A stretch of DNA of 63,059 nt, counting the filler, from Octopus bimaculoides (lineage: Eukaryota): assembly GCF_001194135.2 (NCBI RefSeq). It is 4 parts of 4 records of this genome, joined end to end, with 100 filler letters (N's around TTAATTAATTAA, not from the genome) between each part and the next. Parts side by side here need not be neighbours in the genome. Positions count along the whole stretch, not along the records: positions 31,326 to 59,396 come from NC_068998.1; positions 59,497 to 61,879 come from NC_068983.1; positions 61,980 to 63,059 come from NW_026319830.1; 1 more part is not named here. One strand, 5' to 3'. The notes beneath the pieces were generated by a model that did not search any database, was not told the origin of the DNA, and saw only the letters and a list, made by a program, of their open reading frames with translations. The stretch's first letter is position 1; every line of letters starts with the position of its first letter. The position numbers and the translations under genes are program-made. This document shows positions 50,915 to 63,059 of the stretch, piece by piece.

Positions 50915-51095
50915 TGTGTTTGTCAACCTGTGTTGGTGTGTTTACGTACCCGTAAACTAGGAGTTCGGCAAAAGAGGCCGATAGAAAAAGTGCTAGGCTT
51001 CATAAGAATAAGCCCTGGGTTCGATTTCTTCGGCTAAAACTCTTCAAGGTTCCAACAGGACCGCAGTCAAATGACTGAAACTAGTAAAAGAATAA
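50915..51095 (+). mobile_element. SINE family A, 3' half (diverged)
   Basis: GGTGTGTTTACGT..TTCGGCAAAAGAG..CGCAGTCAAATGACTGAAAC. Confidence 0.82.
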
Positions 51096-52163
51096 AATAT
51101 ATAATATATATATCTATAGATAAAGATATCTGTGTGTGTTTGTATAGAGACAGACACATACAGAAATAATACATACATAGACAGACTGAGAAGCAGGAAG
51201 ATAAACAGACAGGCTCATGCGCACACACATATGCGTAGAGAGAGAGAAAGTGAGAGAGATTGATAGGCAAAATATTTACATTTACCTATAAAACTTCCTA
51301 TTACATACATATGATGTGCATTATTATTATTACTTTTATTGTTGTTATTATTATGTTAATATTTCGTTCACTCTGAGTGAATTTTTATAACTGGGCTATT
51401 TTTTTCAAAAAGGAAGAAATTCGTAAAATATATAGATACATAGAGAAATAACGAAAAAAAAAAACGAACACGATATATAAACATACAAACCCTATTGACA
51501 ATTGTACAATCCCAATCACACATCAGAACCCACCACTGCTCGCCATAACTAAAAAAAAACAATAATAATTACAATAATAATAATAATAATAACAATAATA
51601 CAAAACTCTCCACAAACAAACATAAAATCATCATGAAATCAATATAAAAATACTATAAAACAAACGCTAAAGACATTGACATAAAAGACAAGAATTGAAG
51701 GAGAAACAATAAAATCGCTGATAGAAAGTGTCAGCTAAAATGGCGTCGTTGACATTTATAAGATATAAAAGTCACCAACAAATTTCTTCCTTGGCAGCCA
51801 TATTGTTTTCAACGTTTTCTATGTATTGTAGTATTCCTTAAAATTTGTTTGGGTTGTTTTTACTTCATGTTTCAAATTTACTTGTTTTATTCAATACTCA
51901 TGCTATTTGATTATTTTTTTCCTATTTCCTTTTGTTTTTATATCTTAATTTCCTATTTATTTCTTCATTTCTTGATTTTTTTCCCGTCATTCTCTTTAAT
52001 TCCGTTTCCGTTTTCTTGTTTTATATAGTTTTGTGTAATTTTTAATATCTTTTTCAATTCATTATCAATTTTTACTTATTTTCTCCTTCCCTCTCTCTCT
52101 ATCTCTCTCTTATTCGCACTCTCTCTCTCTCTCTCTCTCTCTCGCTCACTCTCTCTCTGTGTC

Positions 52164-52259
<96 letters not shown>

Positions 52260-52684
52260 GAGTTTGCGATATGAAATAATAATAATAACCAACAAAAGTT
52301 TTATAATAATCTTTTCTTTATTAGCCACAAGGGCTTAAAGAAAAGCGAAAACGAATAACTTTAACTGGCGGTTACAAAGAAAAGATAACGCAGAACTGAA
52401 AATGAGAACCATGTTTACAAATTGCAAAGGGTTACTGTGGGGAGCATTATACAATATATGGAAGGAGGTGTTAATATTTTTCAAGGCACATTCAAATAAA
52501 ATGCACATGCATACACATATACAAATAAATCAATATATACACATTAGTATATGCATATATGTACACGAATGCACACGCATATATTTGCACATGCATATAT
52601 ATACGCAGTGTATACCGACTTCTTTGCACGAAATAAAAAACGCTCAATATTTAAAACCTGATATATTTTATAGAAATAAAGCCT

Positions 52685-53000
52685 GAAAGATTTTCTAGTT
52701 AGTGTGAGTTGGATACGCCACGGCCCTGTTCACTTGATCACATTTCTCAATTTGTGTCCCAGTTCAATCCAATTCACCATTGAGCCTTTTTTGAGATATT
52801 TGGAGCTAAAAGTCACCAATATCTTAGAAGTATTCTTTACAATGTATAATTTAAAGAAATAAAAGATGAAAGATTTTCTAACTAGGCTCAGTTAGGTAGC
52901 CGGGAACTCAGTTCACTTGGAAATTTCTCAATTTCTTACGAGTGCAACCGAATGCACCAGTCAGCTCTTCTTTGAGATATTTGGTGCTAAAAGTCACCAA
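52685..53000. repeat. Diverged 183-bp tandem duplication
   Basis: GAAAGATTTTCTA at 52685 and 52868; shared GTTCACTTG..ATTTCTCAATTT and TTGAGATATTTGG.GCTAAAAGTCACCAA. Confidence 0.75.
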
Positions 53001-53166
53001 GTTCATGAAAACATTCCCTCTAATTTCAACATAATGATTTTATTTTTTCTTGCAATGTATCTTGTGCACGTTACTTATATTCTGAACCTATCTCTTTGTG
53101 TCAATCTAACGTTTTCAGAGAGTCTATGGCACTAGAAATTGTCAACTGAACTGTCCCACGTAAGCG

Positions 53167-53246
53167 GTATTGTAATATGATCTATAATGTTTGTCTATGT
53201 AACAACAGCACTATCCCAGATATGTAAGCAGTATATGTATATATAT

Positions 53247-53277
<31 letters not shown>

Positions 53278-53488
53278 NNNNNNNNNNNNNNNNNNNNNNN
53301 NNNNNNNNNNNNNNNNNNNNNNNNNNNNNNNNNNNNNNNNNNNNNNNNNNNNNNNNNNNNNNNNNNNNNNNNNNNNNNNNNNNNNNNNNNNNNNNNNNNN
53401 NNNNNNNNNNNNNNNNNNNNNNNNNNNNNNNNNNNNNNNNNNNNNNNNNNNNNNNNNNNNNNNNNNNNNNNNNNNNNNNNNNNNNNNN

Positions 53489-53532
<44 letters not shown>

Positions 53533-53875
53533 GTATATTTGTGTGTCTGTGTTTGTCACCCCAACGTCGCTTGACAACCGATGCTGTTGTGTTTGCGTCC
53601 CCGTAACATAGCGGTTCGGCAAAAGAGACCGATAGAATAAGTACTATTCTACAAGGAATAAGTCCTGGGGTCGATTTGATTCGACTAAAGGCGGTGCTCC
53701 AGCATGGCCGCAGTCAAATGACTGAAACAAGTAAAAACAGGGAAAAAAGAGTATTGTAATGTGGTCTATAATGTTTGTCTCTGCAACCACAGCACTGTCC
53801 CGGATATGAAAGTAGTATCGTAATGTGGCTTATGATATTTGTGTGCGTGACAGTAGTAGCGTCCCAGATACGTAC
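53167..53875. repeat. 64-bp minisatellite (3 units) split by a SINE A insertion
   Basis: GTATTGTAAT.TG.TCTATAATGTTTGTCT..CAGCACT.TCCC.GATATG at 53167, 53751 and (diverged) 53815. Confidence 0.75.
53540..53750 (+). mobile_element. SINE family A, 3' half
   Basis: Matches 47059-47270. Confidence 0.9.
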
Positions 53876-54943
53876 AATGTCTTAATATAACGTTGGTTAC
53901 ACTATTATTCTATAATTTGATGCGCAACGGCAAGGGCAGCCATGGTAGGTTATAAAAAGCCTGTTTAAATGGAACAATAAAAACGATTAGGACTTTCTTT
54001 TATGCATTTCAGCAGAGATCAATACGCAGGCAATGTTACCTCGTTTCACCTACATTCGACTATAAATATTTATATCGTAAGTTACATGTGACTGTACATA
54101 ATCACTGACACTTCAATGTAGTAAGCAAAACAACAGGAAAAAAATATATTCATACTTTCAGGCATGCAGACCCCCCCCCACACACACACACACTCATACA
54201 CGCTCGCGTGCAGAGAAGCACAGACCCCTCCCGTTTGCCGCCCTCGGACTCCGCAAAAAGCACATATTGCCTACAGAAGACCCAAAAGTGCCACACGGGG
54301 CGGACCNNNNNNNNNNNNNNNNNNNNNNNNNNNNNNNNNNNNNNNNNNNNNNNNNNNNNNNNNNNNNNNNNNNNNNNNNNNNNNNNNNNNNNNNNNNNNN
54401 NNNNNNNNNNNNNNNNNNNNNNNNNNNNNNNNNNNNNNNNNNNNNNNNNNNNNNNNNNNNNNNNNNNNNNNNNNNNNNNNNNNNNNNNNNNNNNNNNNNN
54501 NNNNNNNNNNNNNNNNNNNNNNNNNNNNNNNNNNNNNNNNNNNNNNNNNNNNNNNNNNNNNNNNNNNNNNNNNNNNNNNNNNNNNNNNNNNNNNNNNNNN
54601 NNNNNNNNNNNNNNNNNNNNNNNNNNNNNNNNNNNNNNNNNNNNNNNNNNNNNNNNNNNNNNNNNNNNNNNNNNNNNNNNNNNNNNNNNNNNNNGTGTCT
54701 GTGTGTGTCTCTCTCTTTCCCTCCCTCTCTCCTTCCCTCCCCCTCTCGCTCACTCTCTCTCTCTCAGATCTGTCTGTTACGGAGTGAACTCATTGAATTC
54801 CTTTTTACTGGAATATTGTACACTGCGGTATATTTTCTGTCAACATATCACACACGCACACACACACATATTCACATACTCACACGCAAACACACATATA
54901 TAAATGCATACACACATATATAAATGCATACACACACGTACAC

Positions 54944-55021
<78 letters not shown>

Positions 55022-55988
55022 CTACATATTTGGTACGTGGACAAATTAGCAGATGATTCACGTCATCGACATTGACAAATTAAATTTAAATGTTGAAGTG
55101 AATCTCGCGGTTTTTGTGTGTTTTTTAAATTTCTTACAAACACCTTCCCCGCTGCAATTGTTTTTGTTTCAGCACACTATTTCAGATCAAGTCACTTGCT
55201 ATGCAAGTACATCTCCGTAATATCTATATATATATATGTCATTATTAAAATTATAAATAAGGGTACCACCGTGCTTGAAATAGTAGTCAAAACCTAACTC
55301 TAATGCAGCCACTTGATTTGATCATTATTTAAAAAACGATCTTATCCTTATTTATACAGAAATTTATATATATTCACTTTGTCATTATATTTACTGCGGT
55401 TATACTTTGACTATATAGCACATGGTGTTTGGATGGATGACTGAACTGGTTGTGTCTATACGTGCATATATATATATATATATATGTATATACGCGTGCT
55501 TATACGTATGTATTCGTATGTTTGTGTGTATATATATATATATGTAATTATATACAATTCTTGGTGTAATTATATATATATTATATGTAACGTATGTATA
55601 TACAGATGAAAGTATATACAGATATACATTGTCAGCAGGCGTGCGCAGATTCATTGTGTAAAATGACAGAGAAATTGGTAAAGACGTAGACAAGTATAAT
55701 GTTTGATGAATGATGACAAACTGATAAATGTTTAAATAAATAGAATTACGATTAAAGATTAACGATTAAAAAAACAGGAAACCTCGTACAAATTGCTGAA
55801 ACAAAAGAACGCTGCGTGTATGTGTTTGTATATGTGAGTGTGTATGAGTATGCGACTGTTTTATTTCCGTGTGTGTTTACGTGTGTGTTTTTGCGTGTAT
55901 TATGCAAGTCTCTATGTATGTTTAGAACTGTGTGTATGTATGTGAGTAATAGTGTGTCTGTACGTGTATATATATATATATATATATC

Positions 55989-56019
<31 letters not shown>

Positions 56020-56373
56020 GTACGTATGTGTGTGCATGTGTGTCGGTATATGTGTCTATATGTATGTATCTATTTCCACATATATATATGTGTGCGTTTA
56101 TGCTGATCAAATCGAAGTTTGAAGTGTCAAAACAGAAAAAAGAAAAAAAAAATACGTTCGCANNNNNNNNNNNNNNNNNNNNNNNNNNNNNNNNNNNNNN
56201 NNNNNNNNNNNNNNNNNNNNNNNNNNNNNNNNNNNNNNNNNNNNNNNNNNNNNNNNNNNNNNNNNNNNNNNNNNNNNNNNNNNNNNNNNNNNNNNNNNNN
56301 NNNNNNNNNNNNNTGTGATGGTGATGATAGTGATGAAGATGGGGTGGAGGAACGCGAGAGATGGATGATGTTG

Positions 56374-56426
<53 letters not shown>

Positions 56427-56825
56427 TTATATATATATATATATATATATACAGGCATACATTACACACAGATGTATATGAAGAAATAAGGGATTAAATC
56501 ATTATAACTATTGAATTAATAAGACAGAGGGGGAGGAAGTCGTGGTAGTATGGGTAGCGGCGGCGATAGTGGTGGTGGTGGTGGTAGTGGTAGTGGCGGT
56601 GTTGGTGGTAGTTTTAATAATTTAACTTCTACGAAAAGCTTTGATACATTTGCCAGAGTTAGTTTTCTCTCGCGGCTGGTTTTTACATAAATTGTTATCA
56701 GATTGTCCAGTTGGATGTTGTTTGTAATCACAGCTCTTAATTATCTCGAGTGAAAAGATCACTTAAAGCATTTGCGTATAATCATCGGCGCTCTAATTCT
56801 AGAGACCTTCTATTATAGCTTAGTG

Positions 56826-57041
56826 GCACTTTGGACAAGTGTCTGCTATAGCTTCGGGCCGACCAAAGCCTTTTGTGTGGATTTGGTAGACAGAAACTGA
56901 AAGAAGCTCATTTCTGCAGCTGAGTGACCTGGAGCTTTGTGAAATAAAGTGTCTTGCTGAAAAACACAACGCACAGCCCGGTCTGGGAATCAAACTCACC
57001 TCGTGATTGTGAGCCCGACGCTCTAACCACTGAGCCATGCA
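56826..57041. mobile_element. Fused SINE fragments: family A 5' part (+, 56826-56910) and family C 5' part (-, 56908-57041)
   Basis: GGCACTTTGGACAAGTGTC..GAAACTGAAAGAAGC then reverse-complement GCATGGCTCAGTGGTTAGAGCG head. Confidence 0.78.
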
Positions 57042-57309
57042 ACTTCAAATTACAACAGCAAACCTAACCACAAAATAAACCTGATTTACTAGGTAGACGT
57101 GCCAGAAACAATGACAACGTAGTTCAAACAGAATAGAATGCATCTTATAGATGTCTCCCAAACTTAACAGAGTACAATTCCCTTTACATATGTCTTCTCA
57201 ACCTAGCTCAGTACCATCCAACTCTCATACATGTTTTATAAACCTAAAAGAAGGCGCATGGCTCAGCGTTTAAAGTGTTAGGCTCTCAATCACGAGGTAT
57301 TATTATTAC

Positions 57310-58576
57310 CTTTCATACTGCGACTGGCAACAGAACGGAGAAATACCTAGTGTTGTTAGCAGAGGTGTTGTGACACTGTTGAGGAAGGACACTGACAATG
57401 GGGACTTGCTAGAGAATTTTCGGCCCATAAATCTGCTAAACAGAGTAAGATTTTGGCCAAGGTTTTAGTGAAAAGGTTGGCGTTTGTCGTCTGTAGCCAA
57501 GTCGGAGAAACGCAAACGTGCGCAATCCCGTGCAGGTCAATCGACGATATCCTCCATCATACGGGATACATCATAGAAAGGGCTGGGACCATAGCTGGCT
57601 TCGGGAGTGCTCTGATCAATTTGGGTCAATCAAAAGCATTCGATACGGCCGACCATCGCTACTTGGAAGCCGTCCTGAAAGCAGACGGTTTCGGACCCAT
57701 TTTCAGAGGCTGGATCGCTGCAATGCACAGCGGTACCTGTTCAGTGATCAAAGTAAACGACCACCTATCGGAACCATTTGGCATTGCACGCTTGGTCTAT
57801 AAGTGTTGCCCACTGTCGACTCCTCTATATGAATTAGCATTCGAGCCACTGTTGCGGAAGTTGGAACAGCTTTCGAACTGGGACAAGGAAGGGCAGTGTC
57901 AGCGTATGCGGACGATGTCACCGTCATGGTGTCGGACGCCTCTGAAGTGGAGACGGTCCATCCTAAAGGAATATGAGTCGGTTGCATGGGGCTAAAATCA
58001 GCGCCGACAAATCGGTTGGTTTGCAGTTGGGCTCCTGGAGAGGCAGAACAATGCGGTGAAAGAGGTTGTTTGGTGGACGAGGTTGAAAGGCATGAGGATA
58101 GATACATTCCTCTTTGATAGAGCTCTCATTGACTTCTTCATGATTCCCTTGAAAAGGAAATTCAGAGTGGAGAGGGAAGTGCTGTCCTCGAGTGAGTTTA
58201 TTGAAAGGTGAGTGAAAGTTGCGAAAACAGCAGGAGTGGATGGTACATCTCTAAGTGTAGACCTGTGAGTCGGAGGGAAGGAACTGAAGAGGGCAATTGC
58301 TCCTGGGGTTTCAGGGAAATTTCGGACCGTGGGGTTCATCGATTATCCCTAGAGGCGTTGCTGTATCAGGAGGGCCCACATCTCTATCATCCCCCCTATT
58401 TCTTTTCTTTTACCTTTGTATGCTATGCATATGTCCCCTCTTTTCCAGTGTATACCGTGTATGTTTTTTTTTTATATGTAAACCCCCACACTTCATGTCT
58501 ATTTCTGTATTATCCCCCTCATCTTTCTCCCTGTGTGTGTGTAGCAAATAAATGAAATCATCATCATCATCATCAT
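57310..58576 (+). mobile_element. L1/Tx1-clade LINE, RT region plus 3' UTR and (TCA)n tail, internally deleted
   Basis: RGVVTLLRKD..ENFRPINLLN, KILAKVL.KRL, QTCAIP, SKAFD..DH, GFGPIFRGWI, CCPLS, SAYADDVT; AATAAA at 58547 then (TCA)n. Confidence 0.9.
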
Positions 58577-59052
58577 TATTATTGTTATTATTATCAGTGC
58601 TGTTGTTCTTCTTAATACAACCCATAAGTATTTTAAGGAGAAATACTATTTGGGTTGGAGGTAACGCAGAACACCAATTAAACAGCAATTTTAAAAGCTA
58701 ACACGTTCAACTACTGCTTCACATGCTCACACATGTGATTATATATATATATATATATATATTCACGTGTGCGCGTGTGCTTCTTTGTGTGTACACATAC
58801 ATATAGAATATATATGTATGTATAAATGTAATTTCTTGATACGTATGGGCGTCTCTTTTCATATATTTTAATGTAAATACACACATGTATATGAAAATAG
58901 GAGCACAGGGATATATATATTCCCATGAGAGGCTGTGTGCATGTTTGTTCATGTATGGATTTTATTTTTGGAGCGTATATATATATTATATATATACACA
59001 CACGCGCACACGTATACACACACACACGCGTATATATATATAAAGACATATA

Positions 59053-59192
59053 CAGTAATCCCTTGCCATATCGCGGACTCCTCGGTATATCGCGGGTTTC
59101 TGCGGCCAATAGTTATTTATATTTTTTTTAGATTTTAATTATTTCTGTGGGATATTTTGGAACGTAACACCCGCGGCAGTCGAGGGATTCTT
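59053..59192. mobile_element. pogo/Tigger-like MITE
   Basis: TA-CAGTAATCCCTTGCCATATCGCGG ... CCGCGGCAGTCGAGGGATT; shares TTTTGGAACGTAACACC with 49757 copy. Confidence 0.72.
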
Positions 59193-59202
59193 ATATATAT
59201 AG

Positions 59203-59236
<34 letters not shown>

Positions 59237-59238
<2 letters not shown>

Positions 59239-59396
59239 CGGGCTTCTTTCGGTTTCCTTTTACCAAATCCACTCACAAAGCTTTGGTTGGCCCGAGGCTA
59301 TAGTAGAAGACACCTGCCCAAAGTGCCATGCAGTGGGACTGAACCCGGAACCACATGGTTGGGAAGCAAACTTCTTACTACGCAGCCACTCCTATA
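59237..59396 (-). mobile_element. SINE family A, 5' half
   Basis: GGAGTGGCTGCGTAGTAAG..CCGGGTTCAGTCCCACTG head, CORE-like segment. Confidence 0.9.
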
Positions 59397-59440
59397 NNNN
59401 NNNNNNNNNNNNNNNNNNNNNNNNNNNNNNNNNNNNNNNN

Positions 59441-59452
59441 TTAATTAATTAA
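59441..59452. other. Artificial scaffold-join spacer TTAATTAATTAA
   Basis: Same 12-mer inside an N block. Confidence 0.9.
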
Positions 59453-59591
59453 NNNNNNNNNNNNNNNNNNNNNNNNNNNNNNNNNNNNNNNNNNNNACAC
59501 ACACACACACACACACACATACACTCATATATTTATATATTTATACATTTGTACACGTGAGTATATAGTAAATATACATGTATACATACGA

Positions 59592-60205
59592 AGGCGGTGA
59601 GCTGGCCGAATCGTTAGCACACTGGATGAATTTGCTTAGTGGTATTTCGCCTGTCGCTACGTTGTGAGTTCAAATTCCGTCGAGATCGACTTTGCCTTTC
59701 ATCCTTACGGGGTCGATAAATTAAGTACCTGTAATCGATTATCCCCTCCCCCAAATTTCAGACCTTGTGCCTATAGTAGAAAGGTTTATTGTGAGTCAAA
59801 TGAAAAGCAGGATGCTGGCAAAATTGTTAATATGCCGTACAAAATGCTTAGCGGCATTTCGTTAGTCTTTACGTTCTCATTTCAAATACTACGGAGAGCG
59901 ACTTTGCCTTTCATCTTTTGGGGGTAGATTAAAATAAGTACCCGTTGAACACTGGGGTTGGTGTGATCAACTTACTCCCTCTCCTGAACTTGTGCTAAAG
60001 TTTGAAACCAGTATCGTTAACACTCTGGATAAAACGCGTAACAGCATTTCATCCGACTTTACGTTCTGAGTTCAAATGCTGCCGAGGTCGATTTTGCCTT
60101 TCATCCTTTCAGAGGTTGATGATATAAGAACTAGTTTAGCACTAGGATCCATTTGATCGACTGACTCCATTCCTTCAGAACTGCACGCCTTTAGTAGAAA
60201 GGATT
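59592..60205 (+). mobile_element. Three consecutive family B SINEs
   Basis: Copies at ~59592-59788, 59808-60012, 60015-60205, all same orientation. Confidence 0.88.
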
Positions 60206-60215
60206 AATAGTGAAA

Positions 60216-60672
60216 TGGTTAGTTATTTAACCATGTGACTAACCGATTGTTTGCTTAATCACTCGATCAGTTACGATTGTCAAAGTCCTTTCGTCAGCAT
60301 TAGCGCCCTCATCAATGACGATGACCTTTTTACTCCAGGCTGGAGTAGAAACAGCATGCCATTGAAGAGGTCGTCAAATGGCGACGAAAGGACTTTGTCA
60401 AAGCTAACTGATTGATCGGTCGAACTAGTTAACTGGTTAGTTATTTAACCATGTGACTAACCGATTGCTTGCTTAATCACTCAATCAGGATTTTCAAAGT
60501 CCTTTCGTCAGCATTAGCGCCCTCATCAATCACAATGACCTTTCTATGCCAGGTTGGAGTAGAGAAAGCATGTTATTGAAGAGGGCGTCAAATGGCGACG
60601 AGAGGACTTTGACAAAGCTAACTGGCTGATCGGCCGAACTATTGATCAACCAGTCGATTAGTTAACTGGTTA
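60216..60672. repeat. Tandem dimer of a 218-bp unit, each forming a long imperfect hairpin
   Basis: Units start TGGTTAGTTATTTAACC at 60216 and 60434; CAAAGTCCTTTCGTC (60281-95) pairs with GACGAAAGGACTTTG (60383-97). Confidence 0.9.
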
Positions 60673-61923
60673 AATGTTATCGAATTGACTAATAATAATA
60701 AAAGAAGTGAAATGGAACCAGTAAGTGTGTTCATTATTGGCATAAGGACCTTCCCGAGATACAGCAAAATCTGTTTCAGCACACAAATTTACACCAAGAA
60801 TCTTGCAAAGCAATTACAAAAAGAGAACATTTCGAGTTTTATACATAAACGAAAGCATACTATTTTGCAACGATCGACATTGTTAAGGGGCTTCTTTTTC
60901 TATTTATGAGGCAGCAGAGAGGCTATAAAACACCTAATGAGATTTGATTTCTTAAGTGTTTCCTGTTTCTGCTTTTAAAACCACTTCATATTTTTTAAGT
61001 GATATTATATCGGTAAGTCTTCACTGTTATTATTTTTAAACACTTGCCAACATTTCTATTTTGGGCGATCAGTTCTAATGTATGTTTTCCACCAATTTTA
61101 AAGCGAAAGAATAAATTGAATAAATGGATATACAAATAAATCATTTAAATGCGTAAATAAATGATAATTGTGCATTTATTTCTTTGCTATGCAATCTTTA
61201 ACACCGAAGTAATTACAGAAGCAACGAGCAATGATTTTTAACCGAGTGGCTGATTTTAGCTTCGTGTGAAAAACAATTCTTGAGGTTACTACCTATTGTC
61301 AAAATGGTTGTAGGAAGTCGGCAATTTCCGGTCAATTGTGAAACGGATATTGAGAAAGAATGAGATTGAGGAGAAGTTGGGGGAAGAATGAGTGGCGAAT
61401 TTGAATGAGAGAACGAGTGAATGAAAGGTGGAGTTAGAGATGTAGTGAATTGAGGTGAAAATAGTAACATAATGGAACAGATAAAGAGTAACAAATGGAA
61501 GGAAAGAGAGACAAAGAAGGAGATGGAATGAAAAAAGAAAGAAAACAAAGAAAAAAGAAAGAAAGGAAGGAAGAAAGGAAAAGAAAAGAAGCAAGTGTGA
61601 AAAACAGGAGGAAGAGAAGTAGATGGGGTTCAGAGCTTAAAGGAAACTGAAGCTGTAATAAACATAAAAAATATGGTTTTTGAGAGGATCGTCTGGTGAA
61701 AGAAAGAAATATGTAAACGCAGTTCTTAGTATCAATATGGTTCTTACTTCCGGTTCCATATAAATGTGAGGATTTGGGGTCTAATGATCCGTAAAAGGCA
61801 CAAGTTTTCCGGAAAGGGATAAAGTAAACGCAGCTGGCCCTTCGACATGGCTAATATTTATTTCAACTCGGAATGTATCNNNNNNNNNNNNNNNNNNNNN
61901 NNNNNNNNNNNNNNNNNNNNNNN

Positions 61924-61935
61924 TTAATTAATTAA
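61924..61935. other. Artificial scaffold-join spacer TTAATTAATTAA
   Basis: Same 12-mer inside an N block. Confidence 0.9.
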
Positions 61936-62743
61936 NNNNNNNNNNNNNNNNNNNNNNNNNNNNNNNNNNNNNNNNNNNNACACTCACATATCCACATATC
62001 CTTAAGCACACGTACAGATATAGATATATATATATCTCCATGTATAGTATCCGCATACATGCATGCACGTCCATCCATGTATACACACATACAATACACT
62101 TTACAAGTGTATATCTTGTTCTTGAGTACGTAACAGTTATATTTAATATACTATTCTCAATAGATTGAGCTACATATATTTTTTTTTTTAATTAAATTTA
62201 AAAAAAAAATTTTTTTAATTTAAAAAAGTGTTTTTTAGATCTGTCTATGACAAATCCAATAAACCTGGTATTAAGTAACAACAAGTTGAAATGAGGGATG
62301 ATCAATAAAGGAAATGATTTAAAAAGAAAAGAAATTAATATGTGATAAAAGGGAGCAGCAAATTAACAATAAGTGAAATAATTGATATAGAGATATAAGG
62401 TTCTATAGGAATAGAGTTTTTATAAGAATCACTTTTAAAAAATAGTTTTCCAAGACTCATTTTTAAAGAAATAATAGTGAAAGAGCATTAGCAGTAGTAA
62501 AAATACTGACAGAATAAACCGGTGATATCAGAAAGATGTAAAATATCAAAAATATCAAAACTCATCAAATATATTTGGAAATACATAAAAGATACGTGAC
62601 AAGATACATAAAAAGATAAATAATAATAGGTTACAAAGAAATAAAAATAAAATGAAGGGGTTAAAAGTAAAGTGAAAATGTAAAAATTAAAATAAAATGA
62701 AATGAAAATTAAGATAGAAGTTAAAAATTATAATAATAGTAAT

Positions 62744-63059
62744 AATTATTATTAGTTCTTGGATTATTGGGGTTAGAGTGATTATTATTGTTTGCTCTTA
62801 TTCTGGTTTTATTATGTTTAGATACGAGGCATTTCATATTGGGGAGAGTCGAATATGAGGTTCTAATAGTTTTAGTGGATAGAATACTGCTATAATTATG
62901 AGTGGGTGGAAAGTTATTGGATATAATTGAAAATATTTTCTTGCATAATTTTCCTGCTACATTATATGGTATGTTATATTATATATAGTTGCGTAATTTA
63001 CAGTTCTTACATTTAGGAATTCTTTTATTGTTAGTATTACTCCTATCGGTAGGGTTTTC
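62744..63059 (-). mobile_element. PLE fragment (region between RT and GIY-YIG)
   Basis: YNIPYNVAGKLCKKIFSIISNNFPPTHNYSSILSTKTIRTSYSTLPNMKCLVSKHN matches the PLE FP..H.....N..T.K.SYS..PNM...I..HN motif. Confidence 0.75.

Noticed and set aside
60355-60400. Hammerhead in the hairpin arms (TTGAAGA-G-stem-GAAA)
   Set aside because: C3 is U, extra base before stem II, and no strand gives UH plus stem I pairing on either polarity.
61745-61760. ETS-like ACTTCCGG and YY1-like AAAATGGCG (51737) as promoters
   Set aside because: Isolated short motifs without supporting gene structure.
62160-63059. Very AT-rich tail resembling a mitochondrial insertion
   Set aside because: No mitochondrial protein or tRNA motif; minus-strand translation matches a PLE region.

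Overview
AT-rich, microsatellite-dense, gap-rich animal genomic DNA. The SINE families and the 5S sequence point to an octopus (inference from recalled repeat families, not a database search). I can support no host protein-coding gene; nearly all listed ORFs are microsatellite or N-run artefacts, and the real coding signal is decayed transposon. Elements present: Penelope-like retroelements (RT + GIY-YIG), a near full-length R4/Dong LINE inside (TAA)n, RTE and L1/Tx1 fragments, a mariner, a DD37D maT element, a Helitron helicase with an intact 3' end, three tRNA-derived SINE families, several MITE families and a 5S rRNA retrocopy. Three TTAATTAATTAA spacers inside N-runs mark artificial scaffold joins. 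The most interesting layer is structured RNA: (1) a canonical type I hammerhead ribozyme on the minus strand (44742-44798) whose single core fits two alternative cleavage sites; (2) a young ~170-bp repeat family carrying a minimal hammerhead-like motif with a shared A6-to-U core change; (3) a tandem 218-bp long-hairpin repeat; (4) a 5S copy inserted in a repeat with hammerhead boxes; (5) a Merlin-type MITE with a telomere-like palindrome.
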